Source of the DNA: a virus
Length of the DNA stretch: 64,000 bases
IMG/VR virus record: IMGVR_UViG_3300009034_000017
Coordinates: 1 to 64,000 of that record
Strand: one strand, 5' to 3'
The translations under genes were made by a program, and so were the position numbers. This document shows positions 35,231 through 44,887 of this stretch, one piece after another (the first letter of the stretch is position 1; every line of letters begins with the position of its first letter). The notes beneath the pieces were generated by a model. It was not told where the DNA came from and made no database searches. It worked only from the letters and a program-made list of their open reading frames with translations.

Positions 35231-36271
35231 TCAGATACCTAACCCCATCTGCGCTCTTTGTTCACGGTCTCTTGCCAAGCGGGCAAGGGCAAGGCTTACT
35301 GCTTCAGGATTAATGTCACAACCAAAATATCTGCGCCCCAGCTTGGCTGCTACAGCTAACGTTGTTCCACTGCCGCAGAAGAAATCGGCGACCAGGTCGC
35401 CTTCGTTGGAGGAGGCCTGGATGGTGCGTTCCAGCAGGGCTTCGGGTTTTTGAGTGGGGTAATTCAATCGTTCTATGGCTTGAGAATTGAGTGGATAGAT
35501 ATCATTCCATATTGTTTGAACCCTTTTACCCTTATCTGGGTCCAGATACTGTATTAACCGGGGTGTACCTTCAGAGGTAAATACGATTTTACTCTCAGCC
35601 CAAAGCTTGTCAATGGTAGCTTGAGAATATTTCCAGGCATTGCCATCGGGATAGTATTGTTTACCATTAATAACTCGCAATTCCTTGTTACCTGTTTTCG
35701 CGCTCATACTGATAAGTTGATAATGCCTACCATACTCATCAGTTTTTGAATAATGGGATTTCAAATACTTCTCAGATTGATCCATATATGCATCATTCCA
35801 AGTATAGGTTTCTGCTTTTGTGTAAAAGAAAATCGTGTCATGGATATTACCAAAGCGGTTAGCATCGCTGTGCGCCCAGATGCGTCGCCAAACTATTTCA
35901 TTTCTGAATCGGTCTGCCCCAAATATTTCTGTTAATATGCTGCGTATGTAATTATTCACCCTCCAGTCACAATGCACATAAATACTTCCATCCTCAGCCA
36001 GCAGATCCCGCATCAACACCAGCCGCTCGTGCATAAAATAGAGATAATGTGCAAGCCGCCTCCTTTTCTTGATGTTTTGAACACATTGCCCAAAATATTC
36101 ATCAAACCACCGTAAGTGCTCTTCAGTTGCGTTCCAATATAAGCCAAGCTGTTTATCAACGGCATTATCACCAAAGGGTGGGTCTATATAAATCAAATTC
36201 ACTGCCTCGCTTGGCATTTCAGCCATTATCTGTAAACAGTCACCATGCACTACTCGGTTGATAAAGTCCAT
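35231..36271 (-). CDS. beta-class adenine DNA methyltransferase M5 (Mod-like)
   Basis: IYIDPPF, GSIYVHCDW, FRNEIVW, YPTQKPEALLER, DFFCGSGTT. Confidence 0.93.
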   Translation of the reverse strand: MDFINRVVHGDCLQIMAEMPSEAVNLIYIDPPFGDNAVDKQLGLYWNATEEHLRWFDEYFGQCVQNIKKRRRLAHYLYFMHERLVLMRDLLAEDGSIYVHCDWRVNNYIRSILTEIFGADRFRNEIVWRRIWAHSDANRFGNIHDTIFFYTKAETYTWNDAYMDQSEKYLKSHYSKTDEYGRHYQLISMSAKTGNKELRVINGKQYYPDGNAWKYSQATIDKLWAESKIVFTSEGTPRLIQYLDPDKGKRVQTIWNDIYPLNSQAIERLNYPTQKPEALLERTIQASSNEGDLVADFFCGSGTTLAVAAKLGRRYFGCDINPEAVSLALARLARDREQRAQMGLGI

Positions 36272-36388
36272 ATACTTTTTTCAAAAACTGCCATGGCCTC
36301 ACTTATTATCGTATTCTCTAAACGTACACCAAGCCCTTGACGGGATAGGGCCATAAAGCCTCAAATTCTTTGGTCATTGCTTCTCCTT

Positions 36389-37237
36389 TCACCTATCCTG
36401 GGTTTCTTCACCAAGAAGTGCAATCATCTTCTCCCTAGCAACCCGCGCTTGAGTCCATAGCTTCTCCATCTGCTCGCGGTCAAGTTTCCCATGCATGACA
36501 AGTTCTTGTATCGCTTGGGTTGTTTCCACGAGCCGCTTAAGTCGCGCTTCTAAAAATTGGCGTCCTATTATGCCGCCTAGGTTGACAGGCGGCGGGTTAC
36601 TGAAATGGGGCAACGCCTTGCAAATTCCAAGGGCGTCAAGTTCCTTACCACAGATGCAGCACTGCTTAGCCGCGTCAGATGCCGTCTCTTCTCTGCCCTC
36701 CTGTAGATCTACGGAAGGCGGGTGCATATCATCAACCAGCTTGCGTAGCCTCTGCGGTGTCCATCCGAATGCTTTAGCATAGACTTTTGGGTCATTGGAC
36801 ACTAGCACGCTTGCGAAACAACGCAGTGCCCGCTGTGCCTTATGCCTAAGGTGTCTGTCCATTTTCTCCTCCCCCCATTGACAATCTAACATAGTGCTTA
36901 ATGTGTGGACTTCTGCTTCCAATTCAAGAACCTGCTCTTTTAGGCCATAAGCCCCAGAGATAATACTCTGCCACTCCTCAGCAGAGAGATCCTCGGGCAG
37001 GATGTGGTGAAGGTCCTCAATAGGATCTCCATCGTACTCTAGGGCACGCGAGCGTCCTTCTTGCCCGATGGCCCAGAGGCGTTTCCGTATTCGCAGCCAC
37101 GCTGCTTGGTACGCAGGCTCCAATTCCTCAACAGCGGCCCGAAACTCTGGGTCTTTCATTCGCTCAGCTTCCCAGTCCTCAAAGTGAATGATGATGTTAG
37201 AAGTCATCTTGGCTTGCCTCGTTTTGACTAAAATCAA
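36389..37237 (-). CDS. mosaic hypothetical protein, N-terminus resembling XRE antitoxin leaders
   Basis: FEDWEAERMKDPEFRAAVEELEPAYQ, followed by unrelated coiled-coil and CxxC segments. Confidence 0.55.
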   Translation of the reverse strand: MILVKTRQAKMTSNIIIHFEDWEAERMKDPEFRAAVEELEPAYQAAWLRIRKRLWAIGQEGRSRALEYDGDPIEDLHHILPEDLSAEEWQSIISGAYGLKEQVLELEAEVHTLSTMLDCQWGEEKMDRHLRHKAQRALRCFASVLVSNDPKVYAKAFGWTPQRLRKLVDDMHPPSVDLQEGREETASDAAKQCCICGKELDALGICKALPHFSNPPPVNLGGIIGRQFLEARLKRLVETTQAIQELVMHGKLDREQMEKLWTQARVAREKMIALLGEETQDR

Positions 37238-38160
37238 ATGCCTTCAAGCGCTAATTGAGAGCGCTTCAATCTGTCTTGTCTGATTCTGTCAAGGCTCATT
37301 TTGACGTACTGAGGGTTGATGTCACAGCCGAAGAAGCGGCGACCTAGCCGGTCGGCGGCCACGGCAGTTGTACCGCTGCCTATGAACGGGTCAAAGACAA
37401 TTGGCTCTGGCAGGTCTTGGGTATTGGCCCGATGGACGAACAGCTGGATCAATCTTGATGGCAATTCCAGAGGGAAAGTGGCAGGGTGCTCCTTGGCCGA
37501 TACAGGCGGGAGAAACCACACATCCTTTGTCTCCTCCAAGAAAGGCACAGCTTCTTTGCCGCGCCGACCTGTCCCTCCATCGTGATACCAACGGCCCTTT
37601 GAGCCCAGCAGGATGATTTCATGGGCGGGCCTCATATATGGGTCACTGTCACAGCCCATTCGGTAATCTGAGCATATCGCGTTGCCCTCGCTACCCTTAA
37701 CCCAGATTATAGGCTCACGCATTTTGAAGCCGATTCGCTCCATTTGCCCAAACACCCGAAAGCCTAGCGGCTCTATTCGTCCCTTGCCTCTCTGATTGTG
37801 TTGGCTACCCACATGGGTCAGGTACTCCGGGTCGTAATCTGACCATGTATCTCTGTAAGTGTGATCCCGTTGCCAACGGACTACCAAGGGGACATTCAGG
37901 GCTATTACTCCGCCAGGTCGCAATATCCGATAGCAACCCTGAAGTGCGCTGTCAATCAATTGATACCAGTCTTGCCACGGTAGCTGGTCATCGGAGACCC
38001 CGTAGGCCATTCGACAATTGTAGGGTGGGCTTGTCACCACTAAATCCACACACTCGTCTGGCATCTGCCCCATCACTTTTAGGCAGTCGCCACAAACTAT
38101 ATCCCCCTGAGCCTCCCTGCCCAAAACCTTTTCAAATCTCTGTGCAAAGTCCATAATCAA
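37234..38160 (-). CDS. beta-class DNA methyltransferase M6
   Basis: TSPPYN, IIWVK, HPATFPLELP, DPFIGSGTT. Confidence 0.93.
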   Translation of the reverse strand: MIMDFAQRFEKVLGREAQGDIVCGDCLKVMGQMPDECVDLVVTSPPYNCRMAYGVSDDQLPWQDWYQLIDSALQGCYRILRPGGVIALNVPLVVRWQRDHTYRDTWSDYDPEYLTHVGSQHNQRGKGRIEPLGFRVFGQMERIGFKMREPIIWVKGSEGNAICSDYRMGCDSDPYMRPAHEIILLGSKGRWYHDGGTGRRGKEAVPFLEETKDVWFLPPVSAKEHPATFPLELPSRLIQLFVHRANTQDLPEPIVFDPFIGSGTTAVAADRLGRRFFGCDINPQYVKMSLDRIRQDRLKRSQLALEGI

Positions 38161-38165
38161 TCCCT

Positions 38166-38990
38166 CTAACTCACCTCGTTTTGCCCCCTAGTATAAACCT
38201 TCAATTCAAGATCCGCCTGATCTCCAAAGAGCCATCGCCTCGCAGCCAGAAAGGTCTTGGGGCCAATGCCTTTGAGCGATTGCTTTTTACCCTCACTAAG
38301 ATAGGCCAGTGACCATGCTAGTGATCCACAATGGTTAAGAATCAAGGCGGCCTTATCATCACCAATTTCTTCGCACATTGCCAAGGTACGAAGCGTACGC
38401 GCCCTATCTGTATCCGCCCCTATGGGCAGCCTTGGGAAGCGTTGCTTGACAGTCCTTTCGGGATGTTCCCGAAGCAATCGCAACCTAGCTAGCTGGTTGT
38501 CAACCCAAGGCGCAATCAGGCCGTCGCGGCTCAGAAATGTGACACAGCCGCCTCTTGAACCATCTTTGGGCCGTTGCCAACTAGTCAAGGCTCCTTGGAT
38601 AGCCGCGTAGGAAAAGTGGCTATCTTGCCCATCAATTATCGCCATCCCGTTCACATCACATTTCAGGATACCCACGAAAAGCAGTTCCGGGGAATCAGTC
38701 CAGCGCAACATCTTGTCACGGATTTGAGACAGTCTGGGCACACTGTTTGCCAGATCGCGACCAGTTTTTCGCTGTATCAGCCGGCCAGCCTCGCAATGTT
38801 TGCGTAGAATAAGCTGATGTGGCAATGCATTTGTAATCCATTCTAACCTAGGCTTTCTCAAAGGACTAATGAGCATATCGCCACCCGTCACTGCCTCTAG
38901 ATTTGGTATTGGCTCCGCGATCTTGACTATCGCCGACGGCATCCTAGAACCCTCCCTAGCCTCACTGGGGTCAATAAAAATGAAGGGCAT
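38166..38990 (-). CDS. ERCC4-like nuclease with a C-terminal HhH
   Basis: IDPSE, GDMLI, IQRKT..DLA.S, LKGIGPKT. Confidence 0.65.
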   Translation of the reverse strand: MPFIFIDPSEAREGSRMPSAIVKIAEPIPNLEAVTGGDMLISPLRKPRLEWITNALPHQLILRKHCEAGRLIQRKTGRDLANSVPRLSQIRDKMLRWTDSPELLFVGILKCDVNGMAIIDGQDSHFSYAAIQGALTSWQRPKDGSRGGCVTFLSRDGLIAPWVDNQLARLRLLREHPERTVKQRFPRLPIGADTDRARTLRTLAMCEEIGDDKAALILNHCGSLAWSLAYLSEGKKQSLKGIGPKTFLAARRWLFGDQADLELKVYTRGQNEVS

Positions 38991-40355
38991 AATGTTACTT
39001 AAGTGAAAGAATCTAGTTCAAAAGCCACTGGCGACGTGGCTATCAGGCGATTAGGTGTGCGATCCAGACGGTCAAAGGCCAAGCCCCGCTCGCCTGTTAT
39101 GTGGCTAAAACCGCTTGCCCAGAAATGCCAATCGTGTTGCTTAGCCAAGGCAACCAAGGCGGTGTCAAAGCTTGAGTCTATACGCCCTTCAATTGTGTAC
39201 CGAATATGCAACTCCTCTTTCATGTCACCTCCCTTATTCTGGTATGTAGGCCACTTCGTCGCGGCTTTCTGGATTCTTATGATAATCGCCTACCCGTCGC
39301 TTGAAACACTTAATAATGGTTTGTACTCTGTCAGCAGTATCTAGAAAACCACTATCAAACTCCCAGCCGTCTTTGATGCGCATAACAGAATAGTACAGAA
39401 GGGTATAGCCAGCCATGCACTTGTCTCTGTGGGCATCTATTTCAAAACCGCGGTAATTGACTTTCATCTCAACCTTCTTCTATCCCCCGCCACTTCTTCA
39501 CAGCCTCAACTAGCTTGATGAAATCGCGCTCGTCGCCGGTTTCAACGTATGTCTGGGCTGCCCTTGCTACACCTAGTGCTTTCTCGTGATCCTGCTCAAT
39601 CTCGTATAGCCTCTCATCATGATTAGCCCAACGTCGTTTTATTCCGTCTAGCCGTTTATAGTAATCAGCCAATTGTGCGTCTATGTTTGGCCACTTATTC
39701 TCCATCTCGGCTGCGTAAGCCTCAATCTTGGCCTCAACACTGTCCGCCAGTTCCTCAGCCAAGCCCTCGCGGGCTGGCATAAGGTAGTAATCACTCTCCT
39801 TAAATCCCAGCCAGCCTAGGAGCCACTCAGCCAAGTCCTCGGCGTTGGTGAGGGCCACCCTGGCCACCTTAAACTCCCCGTCCTCTACCACATAGCCATC
39901 TTTCAGTGGTACAATCATAATGGGTGTCTTCACCTCAACCTTGCTGGACACGTCTGGCCTAGGGAACTGCCAGTGCCCAGCGACATCTACGTTGGAATCG
40001 GATCCCCCAGTAGCCCACGGGCCATCGTCGTATTCTGTGTATTCCGTCTTTGGCACTTCCTTCTCCTTATCTAGCACATTGAGGGCATCGGCCAGTGCTT
40101 CCCATGCCTGTGCTGACACATCCATCTCCACGATGTAATCAGAGCGGTCGCCCTCAGCACCATAGGCCGCTGTTACATCGGCAGCCTCACACATCGCCTG
40201 CGCTGCAATTGCCACATCTTCTAGCCTCTGCAATTCCAAGTCATCCATTGCCCCTCCCTCCCATCATTAGATTGTTACAATGGCAACTGCTTGCTTGGGA
40301 GCAGTTGCCTACTCACCCGCCCAAGCCGAGTTAAACAAGGAGGTGAAGATGTTTT

Positions 40356-40973
40356 CTACACTTCGTCCCACCATGTCAAGAAGTCATCCGGGCTGGCCGC
40401 GTACTCTTCCAGCAATTTCCCCTCACGGCCCTGGAGTGCTTTGGCGACGACAGCCTTGGGCTTGCCCTCAAATTCTTCCTTCACGGCTTGGACGGCGGCC
40501 TTCCACTCTTCCTCAATGCCTTCCCAAGCATCGGGTACAGCTAAGCCACCAGTAGTTGTGGCCACCGTAGTCACTGATATGCCCTCGCCCGATGCAGCCA
40601 TTGCAAGCTCCTCGGTTGCGTACTTCTCAACTGGGGTCAGCCTCTCCTTCGATCCAGTTGGATAGGTATATTCCCTGTTCTCCCACAGGTAGAAGTTGCC
40701 CTCTAAGATCGCGCAGAGCTTCTTGAGCGCCTTTTCCCTCTGGCTGAAATCCAGCAGGTCTGCTTCGGGTTCTAGCTCCGCGACTGCCAGAATCCAGCGC
40801 CCCAGTGTAGTGCCCTTGGTGATTCGCTCTGGGATGGGAATCCACACCATGCGATCAGGGGAATCGTCTAGCCTGGTGATTTCCCCCTCGATCTGAGGCC
40901 CGAAGTCGCCCTCCTTGACGATCATGCTGGTTACTTCGCCAACAAAGTTTTCCCTTTCAAATACTGGACTCAT
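40356..40973 (-). CDS. hypothetical protein, possibly ssDNA-binding
   Basis: AAGGAG RBS; beta-rich N-terminus, acidic C-terminus, near recombination genes; function is a guess. Confidence 0.45.
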   Translation of the reverse strand: MSPVFERENFVGEVTSMIVKEGDFGPQIEGEITRLDDSPDRMVWIPIPERITKGTTLGRWILAVAELEPEADLLDFSQREKALKKLCAILEGNFYLWENREYTYPTGSKERLTPVEKYATEELAMAASGEGISVTTVATTTGGLAVPDAWEGIEEEWKAAVQAVKEEFEGKPKAVVAKALQGREGKLLEEYAASPDDFLTWWDEV

Positions 40974-41609
40974 TTTACTGCAATTCTCCTTTCATTCTGA
41001 TAGATGTTTCAGGATAAGCTTTTGTGTGACTGTTAAGTTTGACTTGCTTAATCACCTCCCTCTAGTGGACTAGCAATCTCTTTCTTATCTTCATCCCATC
41101 CCTCCATGAACGCTTCAACCTCATCCAATCTATCCAAAATGGCAGCCTTGATGAACTGGTATTCTGACTGTTGACACCACTCGGCAGCGGTCTGCACTCT
41201 ATTGACTAGGGTGGTCGGCCCAATGAGTAGAGGCCCTGTCTCTTTGCCCTCTGGGACTTCGTGAACCACGATGATTTCAGACATCAAGAATCCTCCTTAA
41301 TGCGCTGTTATTTGTACTTCATCCACGCTGTTCACTTGTCGCTTCCGGGAGTTCCCAAAAGCGAGGCTAGAGAGCCTTGGCGTATCCACCCCGCGTCAAT
41401 ACTTTTCGCATTTGAGAAAACCTCGGACGGCGGCATCTATTTCTGTGCTAGAATATCCATGCAGCTCTAGGTGTCTTCTAAACGATTCCTCGCGACTCTC
41501 AAGATAGGTGTGTCTCAGATACCAGATCCACACCGCGGTGACTATAAGAACAAGGGCGCCAAAAATTGCCATTATCATTCTTCTTTCTCCGCCGTTGCTA
41601 ATGCCAAAA

Positions 41610-41804
41610 TCATTCCGACTCAGGCTTATGAGAGTTCCTCAAGGGCCCAACAGTCTTACCCACAACAATCATATTATCAAGCCAGCCTTGCAAAAGCCAA
41701 CGCACCACTTGGCTGAGGGAAACTTGGCCTTGAGCAGCTTTTACTTTGAGGGCTGTATGCAGCTCCTTGGTTACTCGAACGGTAAGTGTTTTTTCCATAG
41801 ACAT
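41610..41804 (-). CDS. ribbon-helix-helix DNA-binding protein
   Basis: TLTVRVTKELHTALKVKAA...SLSQVVRWLL. Confidence 0.75.
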   Translation of the reverse strand: MSMEKTLTVRVTKELHTALKVKAAQGQVSLSQVVRWLLQGWLDNMIVVGKTVGPLRNSHKPESE

Positions 41805-42140
41805 TTCTTTAGTGATGTCAGTCCATGACCTCTATTATTGCTTCTGCACGAACTCCCACCTAGCGGGCAGGTCGTCTGTTTGCACTTTTTGAACTAATGT
41901 GCCTAGAAACAAAGATGTTCCAGGAGGCGCATATTTCATGAATAGTTTAGCCCTCTCCAAGAATGTTAGCGGACCCATGTCTGCAAGCATATCATAGAAC
42001 TCTTCCGGAGTAGCACTTTGCTTCCATTGCTCCGAGAGCCAACTCATTTTTGCTCCTTCCCCTGCCCCTCATTCTCTTTGGCACAGCTCTAACTGTGCCC
42101 GTCGCTGTAATGAAATCTAGTCGTAATGAAATCCGTACAC

Positions 42141-42169
42141 ACTATATCACAGAACCAGAATTTTGTCAA
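42141..42169 (-). promoter_or_regulatory. sigma70 promoter, leftward
   Basis: TTGACA-17 nt-TATAGT. Confidence 0.75.
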
Positions 42170-42310
42170 GTTCAATCAGGGCTTTCAAGCATCTTCGCAA
42201 AAATTTTAAGGTTGTTTGTGTTTAGCCTATCCATGCCGCTTTTTGGTGAGGGGACATACTACCAGTAGCGGCGCAGGAATATCAAGGGTAACTTTTAAGA
42301 CACTGGCAAC

Positions 42311-42339
42311 TTGACAGTTTCTGGCATTTCGGTTAAAAT
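42311..42339 (+). promoter_or_regulatory. sigma70 promoter, rightward (RHH-helicase operon)
   Basis: TTGACA-17 nt-TAAAAT upstream of the AGGAGG RBS. Confidence 0.75.
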
Positions 42340-42368
42340 TAGCGTTATCAGTACATAGGAGGCTATCA

Positions 42369-42560
42369 ATGGAAAAGAGACTGAACGTATGGGTGTCCGA
42401 GGACCTTCTGAGAAGGACTAAGGCCCAAGCTGCCTTGGGGGGCCACACGCTCAAGCGAATGGTGACGCTTGCCCTAGAAGAGTTCCTAGATAATAAGGAA
42501 ATGGGCACTGTAGCGCACAAAATTCCGAGCGGGGGGATGCCCAATGACAAAGCTGGATAG
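42369..42560 (+). CDS. ribbon-helix-helix DNA-binding protein
   Basis: RLNVWVSEDLLRRTKAQAA..G.TL..MV..ALEEFL. Confidence 0.75.
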   Translation: MEKRLNVWVSEDLLRRTKAQAALGGHTLKRMVTLALEEFLDNKEMGTVAHKIPSGGMPNDKAG

Positions 42561-43653
42561 ATGCAAGGCAGTCTACAAGAAATGGCTACTGATTAGCGAC
42601 GAGGATGTATTGGATATTCTATTTGCCGCTGCGCTTTCATTGTGGCTTCCAGGCGATAGAGTTTGGCTATTTCTAATTGCGCCGCCTGGGGGAACGAAAA
42701 CAGAATTGCTCCGGGCGCTGGGCGGGCTTCCTGAAGCTTACTCGCTCAGCTCATTGACCGCCCACTCGCTCATTTCTGGAATCTCCAAGAAAGAATCCTA
42801 CGATCTATTGCCGAGGTTAGACGGGAAGCTGTTCATTGTGAAAGATTTTACCGTCATTCTATCTAGGCCCAGCGTTGAACAGGCCGAGATTTTCAGCCAA
42901 CTCCGGGATGCCTATGACGGCTATCACGCGAAGTTTTTCGGGTCTGGCGTGGGAAAGAAAGAGTATAATGCGAGCTTTGTTTTAATCGCTGGGGTAACGC
43001 CCGTGATAGAAAAGTTGCGAGAAGTTCACCAGACTCTGGGAGAGAGATTCTTAAAACTCCGAATTCGACATGAGGAGACTGCTACGATAAAGAGGGCTTG
43101 GCAACTGGCTGGGCGCGAAGACAAAATGCGGGAAGAGTTGGCCAATGCCACTTGTGAGTTTTTCTCATGGGCACAGAGACGAGCTGGGAGATTCGGCGAC
43201 TCCGCAAGATTTGAGGGCCCGTTAACAGCACTTGCGGAGTTGACGGCCAAGTTGCGCTCAACGGTGGAACGCGATCATTACCATGAGGTCGCCTTGTTGC
43301 CAGAGCCCGAAATAGGCACGCGATTAGCCAAACAATTCAGAGTGCTGCTCAGGGCAATATTCAGTTTGTACGAGCAGCCAGAGCCAGAAAGGTGTCTTGC
43401 ATTGATCAGGAGGGTCGCTGGCGATACCGTGCCCCCCGAAAGACTGCGCGTGTTGCGTTCAATCGCACACCGTAATTGTTCTGTTTCAAAACAAGTGCAA
43501 GCCTCGGTACGGCTGCCCCGCTCCACAACGGAGCGAATGCTGGAAGATCTGTGGCTTCTGGGCTTGCTGGATCGGGCTGGAGAAAAGCCTATTTCTTGGT
43601 CATTGACAAGAAAAACACAAGAACTCTTGGGAGCCTCAAAACTTTTAACCTGA
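42544..43653 (+). CDS. AAA+ helicase-like replication protein with a C-terminal winged helix
   Basis: APPGGTKT Walker A, FIVKDF, LRDAYDG, GERFL arginine finger, LEDLWLLGLL. Confidence 0.75.
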   Translation: MTKLDRCKAVYKKWLLISDEDVLDILFAAALSLWLPGDRVWLFLIAPPGGTKTELLRALGGLPEAYSLSSLTAHSLISGISKKESYDLLPRLDGKLFIVKDFTVILSRPSVEQAEIFSQLRDAYDGYHAKFFGSGVGKKEYNASFVLIAGVTPVIEKLREVHQTLGERFLKLRIRHEETATIKRAWQLAGREDKMREELANATCEFFSWAQRRAGRFGDSARFEGPLTALAELTAKLRSTVERDHYHEVALLPEPEIGTRLAKQFRVLLRAIFSLYEQPEPERCLALIRRVAGDTVPPERLRVLRSIAHRNCSVSKQVQASVRLPRSTTERMLEDLWLLGLLDRAGEKPISWSLTRKTQELLGASKLLT

Positions 43654-43655
43654 TT

Positions 43656-43798
43656 CTATTGCTCCGCAACAGCAGAGGCTGATAGGGGGTATATACATAT
43701 ATAATATCTGTATGTATAGTATTGCGGAACAATGGCCCTATTTATGTCAAGCCATTGCCGTGCGCTACAAGAATCAGCTATTGTTCCGCCCCCCCCCC
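43656..43798. repeat. three iteron-like CTATTGYTCCGC motifs around an AT-rich tract (candidate origin)
   Basis: Copies at 43656-43669 (+), 43722-43735 (-), 43778-43789 (+); tatatacatatataatat between the first two. Confidence 0.6.
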
Positions 43799-44137
43799 AG
43801 TCTCCTTTAGCCAATAAGCGCACCACCAAAGTTTGAACAAGCCATATAGCAGAATGATAATAATCTTAACCAATTTTAGACTAATCATCTGTGTTCTGGT
43901 CATGTATTTATCTATGTGCCCATCAATGTGTTGCTTATAGCCTCAAGCATTGCTTCCCAGATTGTCTCTGACGCAATATCCCAGAACTCCCGCCCCAGCA
44001 TACCGCTCAGGGCAGTGCGCAACTTGGGGTCGGGCACAATCTCAACATACCGCTCACGTGGCATTGGGAAAATGCTTTCTGGATACGGGCACTTAGGCCA
44101 CCAATCCGGTTTTTGCATTTGTCTCCCTTGCACAAAG

Positions 44138-44887
44138 TTAGAATAGCGGATATTGCATTCGCTCCTTTTCAATTCTCGCTAAAGCTAGATTAACATATTC
44201 TTCGGAAATATCGCAACCAAAGAAGTTCCGATTGGCCCTTATGGCAGCCACGGCAGTCGTGCCAGAGCCCATGAAGGGATCAAATACGATATCGCCTAAG
44301 TTGCTTGATGCCAAGACGATACGTCTTAACAGTGCTATTGGACACTGGGTAGGATGCTTTACTCGTTGCTTACTACCGAATGCTACCCTTGGAATGTGCC
44401 AACAATCTGTTGGATTTTTACCGCCTGGATTGTTGCGGGAGTCTTTCGTTTTTGACGGAACACGTATATCATTTAAGTTAAAGGTGTGCCCCCTGCCTTT
44501 TGTAACAAACCATAGTGCTTCCCATCGCATGGAATAGCATTGCCTTGACGCTAATCCCCCTCCCTTCTGCCAGACAATGAGATTGCGAACTTCAACATCA
44601 TCTTGTGAACGAACAAGCTGGTCAAATTGCCCAATGTTATGCCAATGATTCTTCAGATAGCACGAGCCCCCATGCCGAACTATTCGCCAGACTTCTTTTA
44701 GCCAATCCGTTGTCCATCCCCAATAGTCATTTCGATAATCGTTGTAATAACCAAAGTCTTTTCCAATGTTAAATGGTGGATCAGCAAACACCAAATCTAC
44801 GCACCTATCTGGCATTTGTCTCATCACATTTAGGCAGTCATCGCATACTATTGAGTTGATAGAATACGGGCCTAGGTTTTTATTCAT
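44138..44887 (-). CDS. beta-class adenine DNA methyltransferase M7
   Basis: ADPPFN, GKNPTDCW, HPTQCP, DPFMGSGTT. Confidence 0.93.
   Translation of the reverse strand: MNKNLGPYSINSIVCDDCLNVMRQMPDRCVDLVFADPPFNIGKDFGYYNDYRNDYWGWTTDWLKEVWRIVRHGGSCYLKNHWHNIGQFDQLVRSQDDVEVRNLIVWQKGGGLASRQCYSMRWEALWFVTKGRGHTFNLNDIRVPSKTKDSRNNPGGKNPTDCWHIPRVAFGSKQRVKHPTQCPIALLRRIVLASSNLGDIVFDPFMGSGTTAVAAIRANRNFFGCDISEEYVNLALARIEKERMQYPLF

Noticed and set aside
41385-41395. CGCGGGGTGGA matches the 5' end of initiator tRNA
   Set aside because: No D-loop, anticodon arm, T-arm or complementary acceptor strand follows
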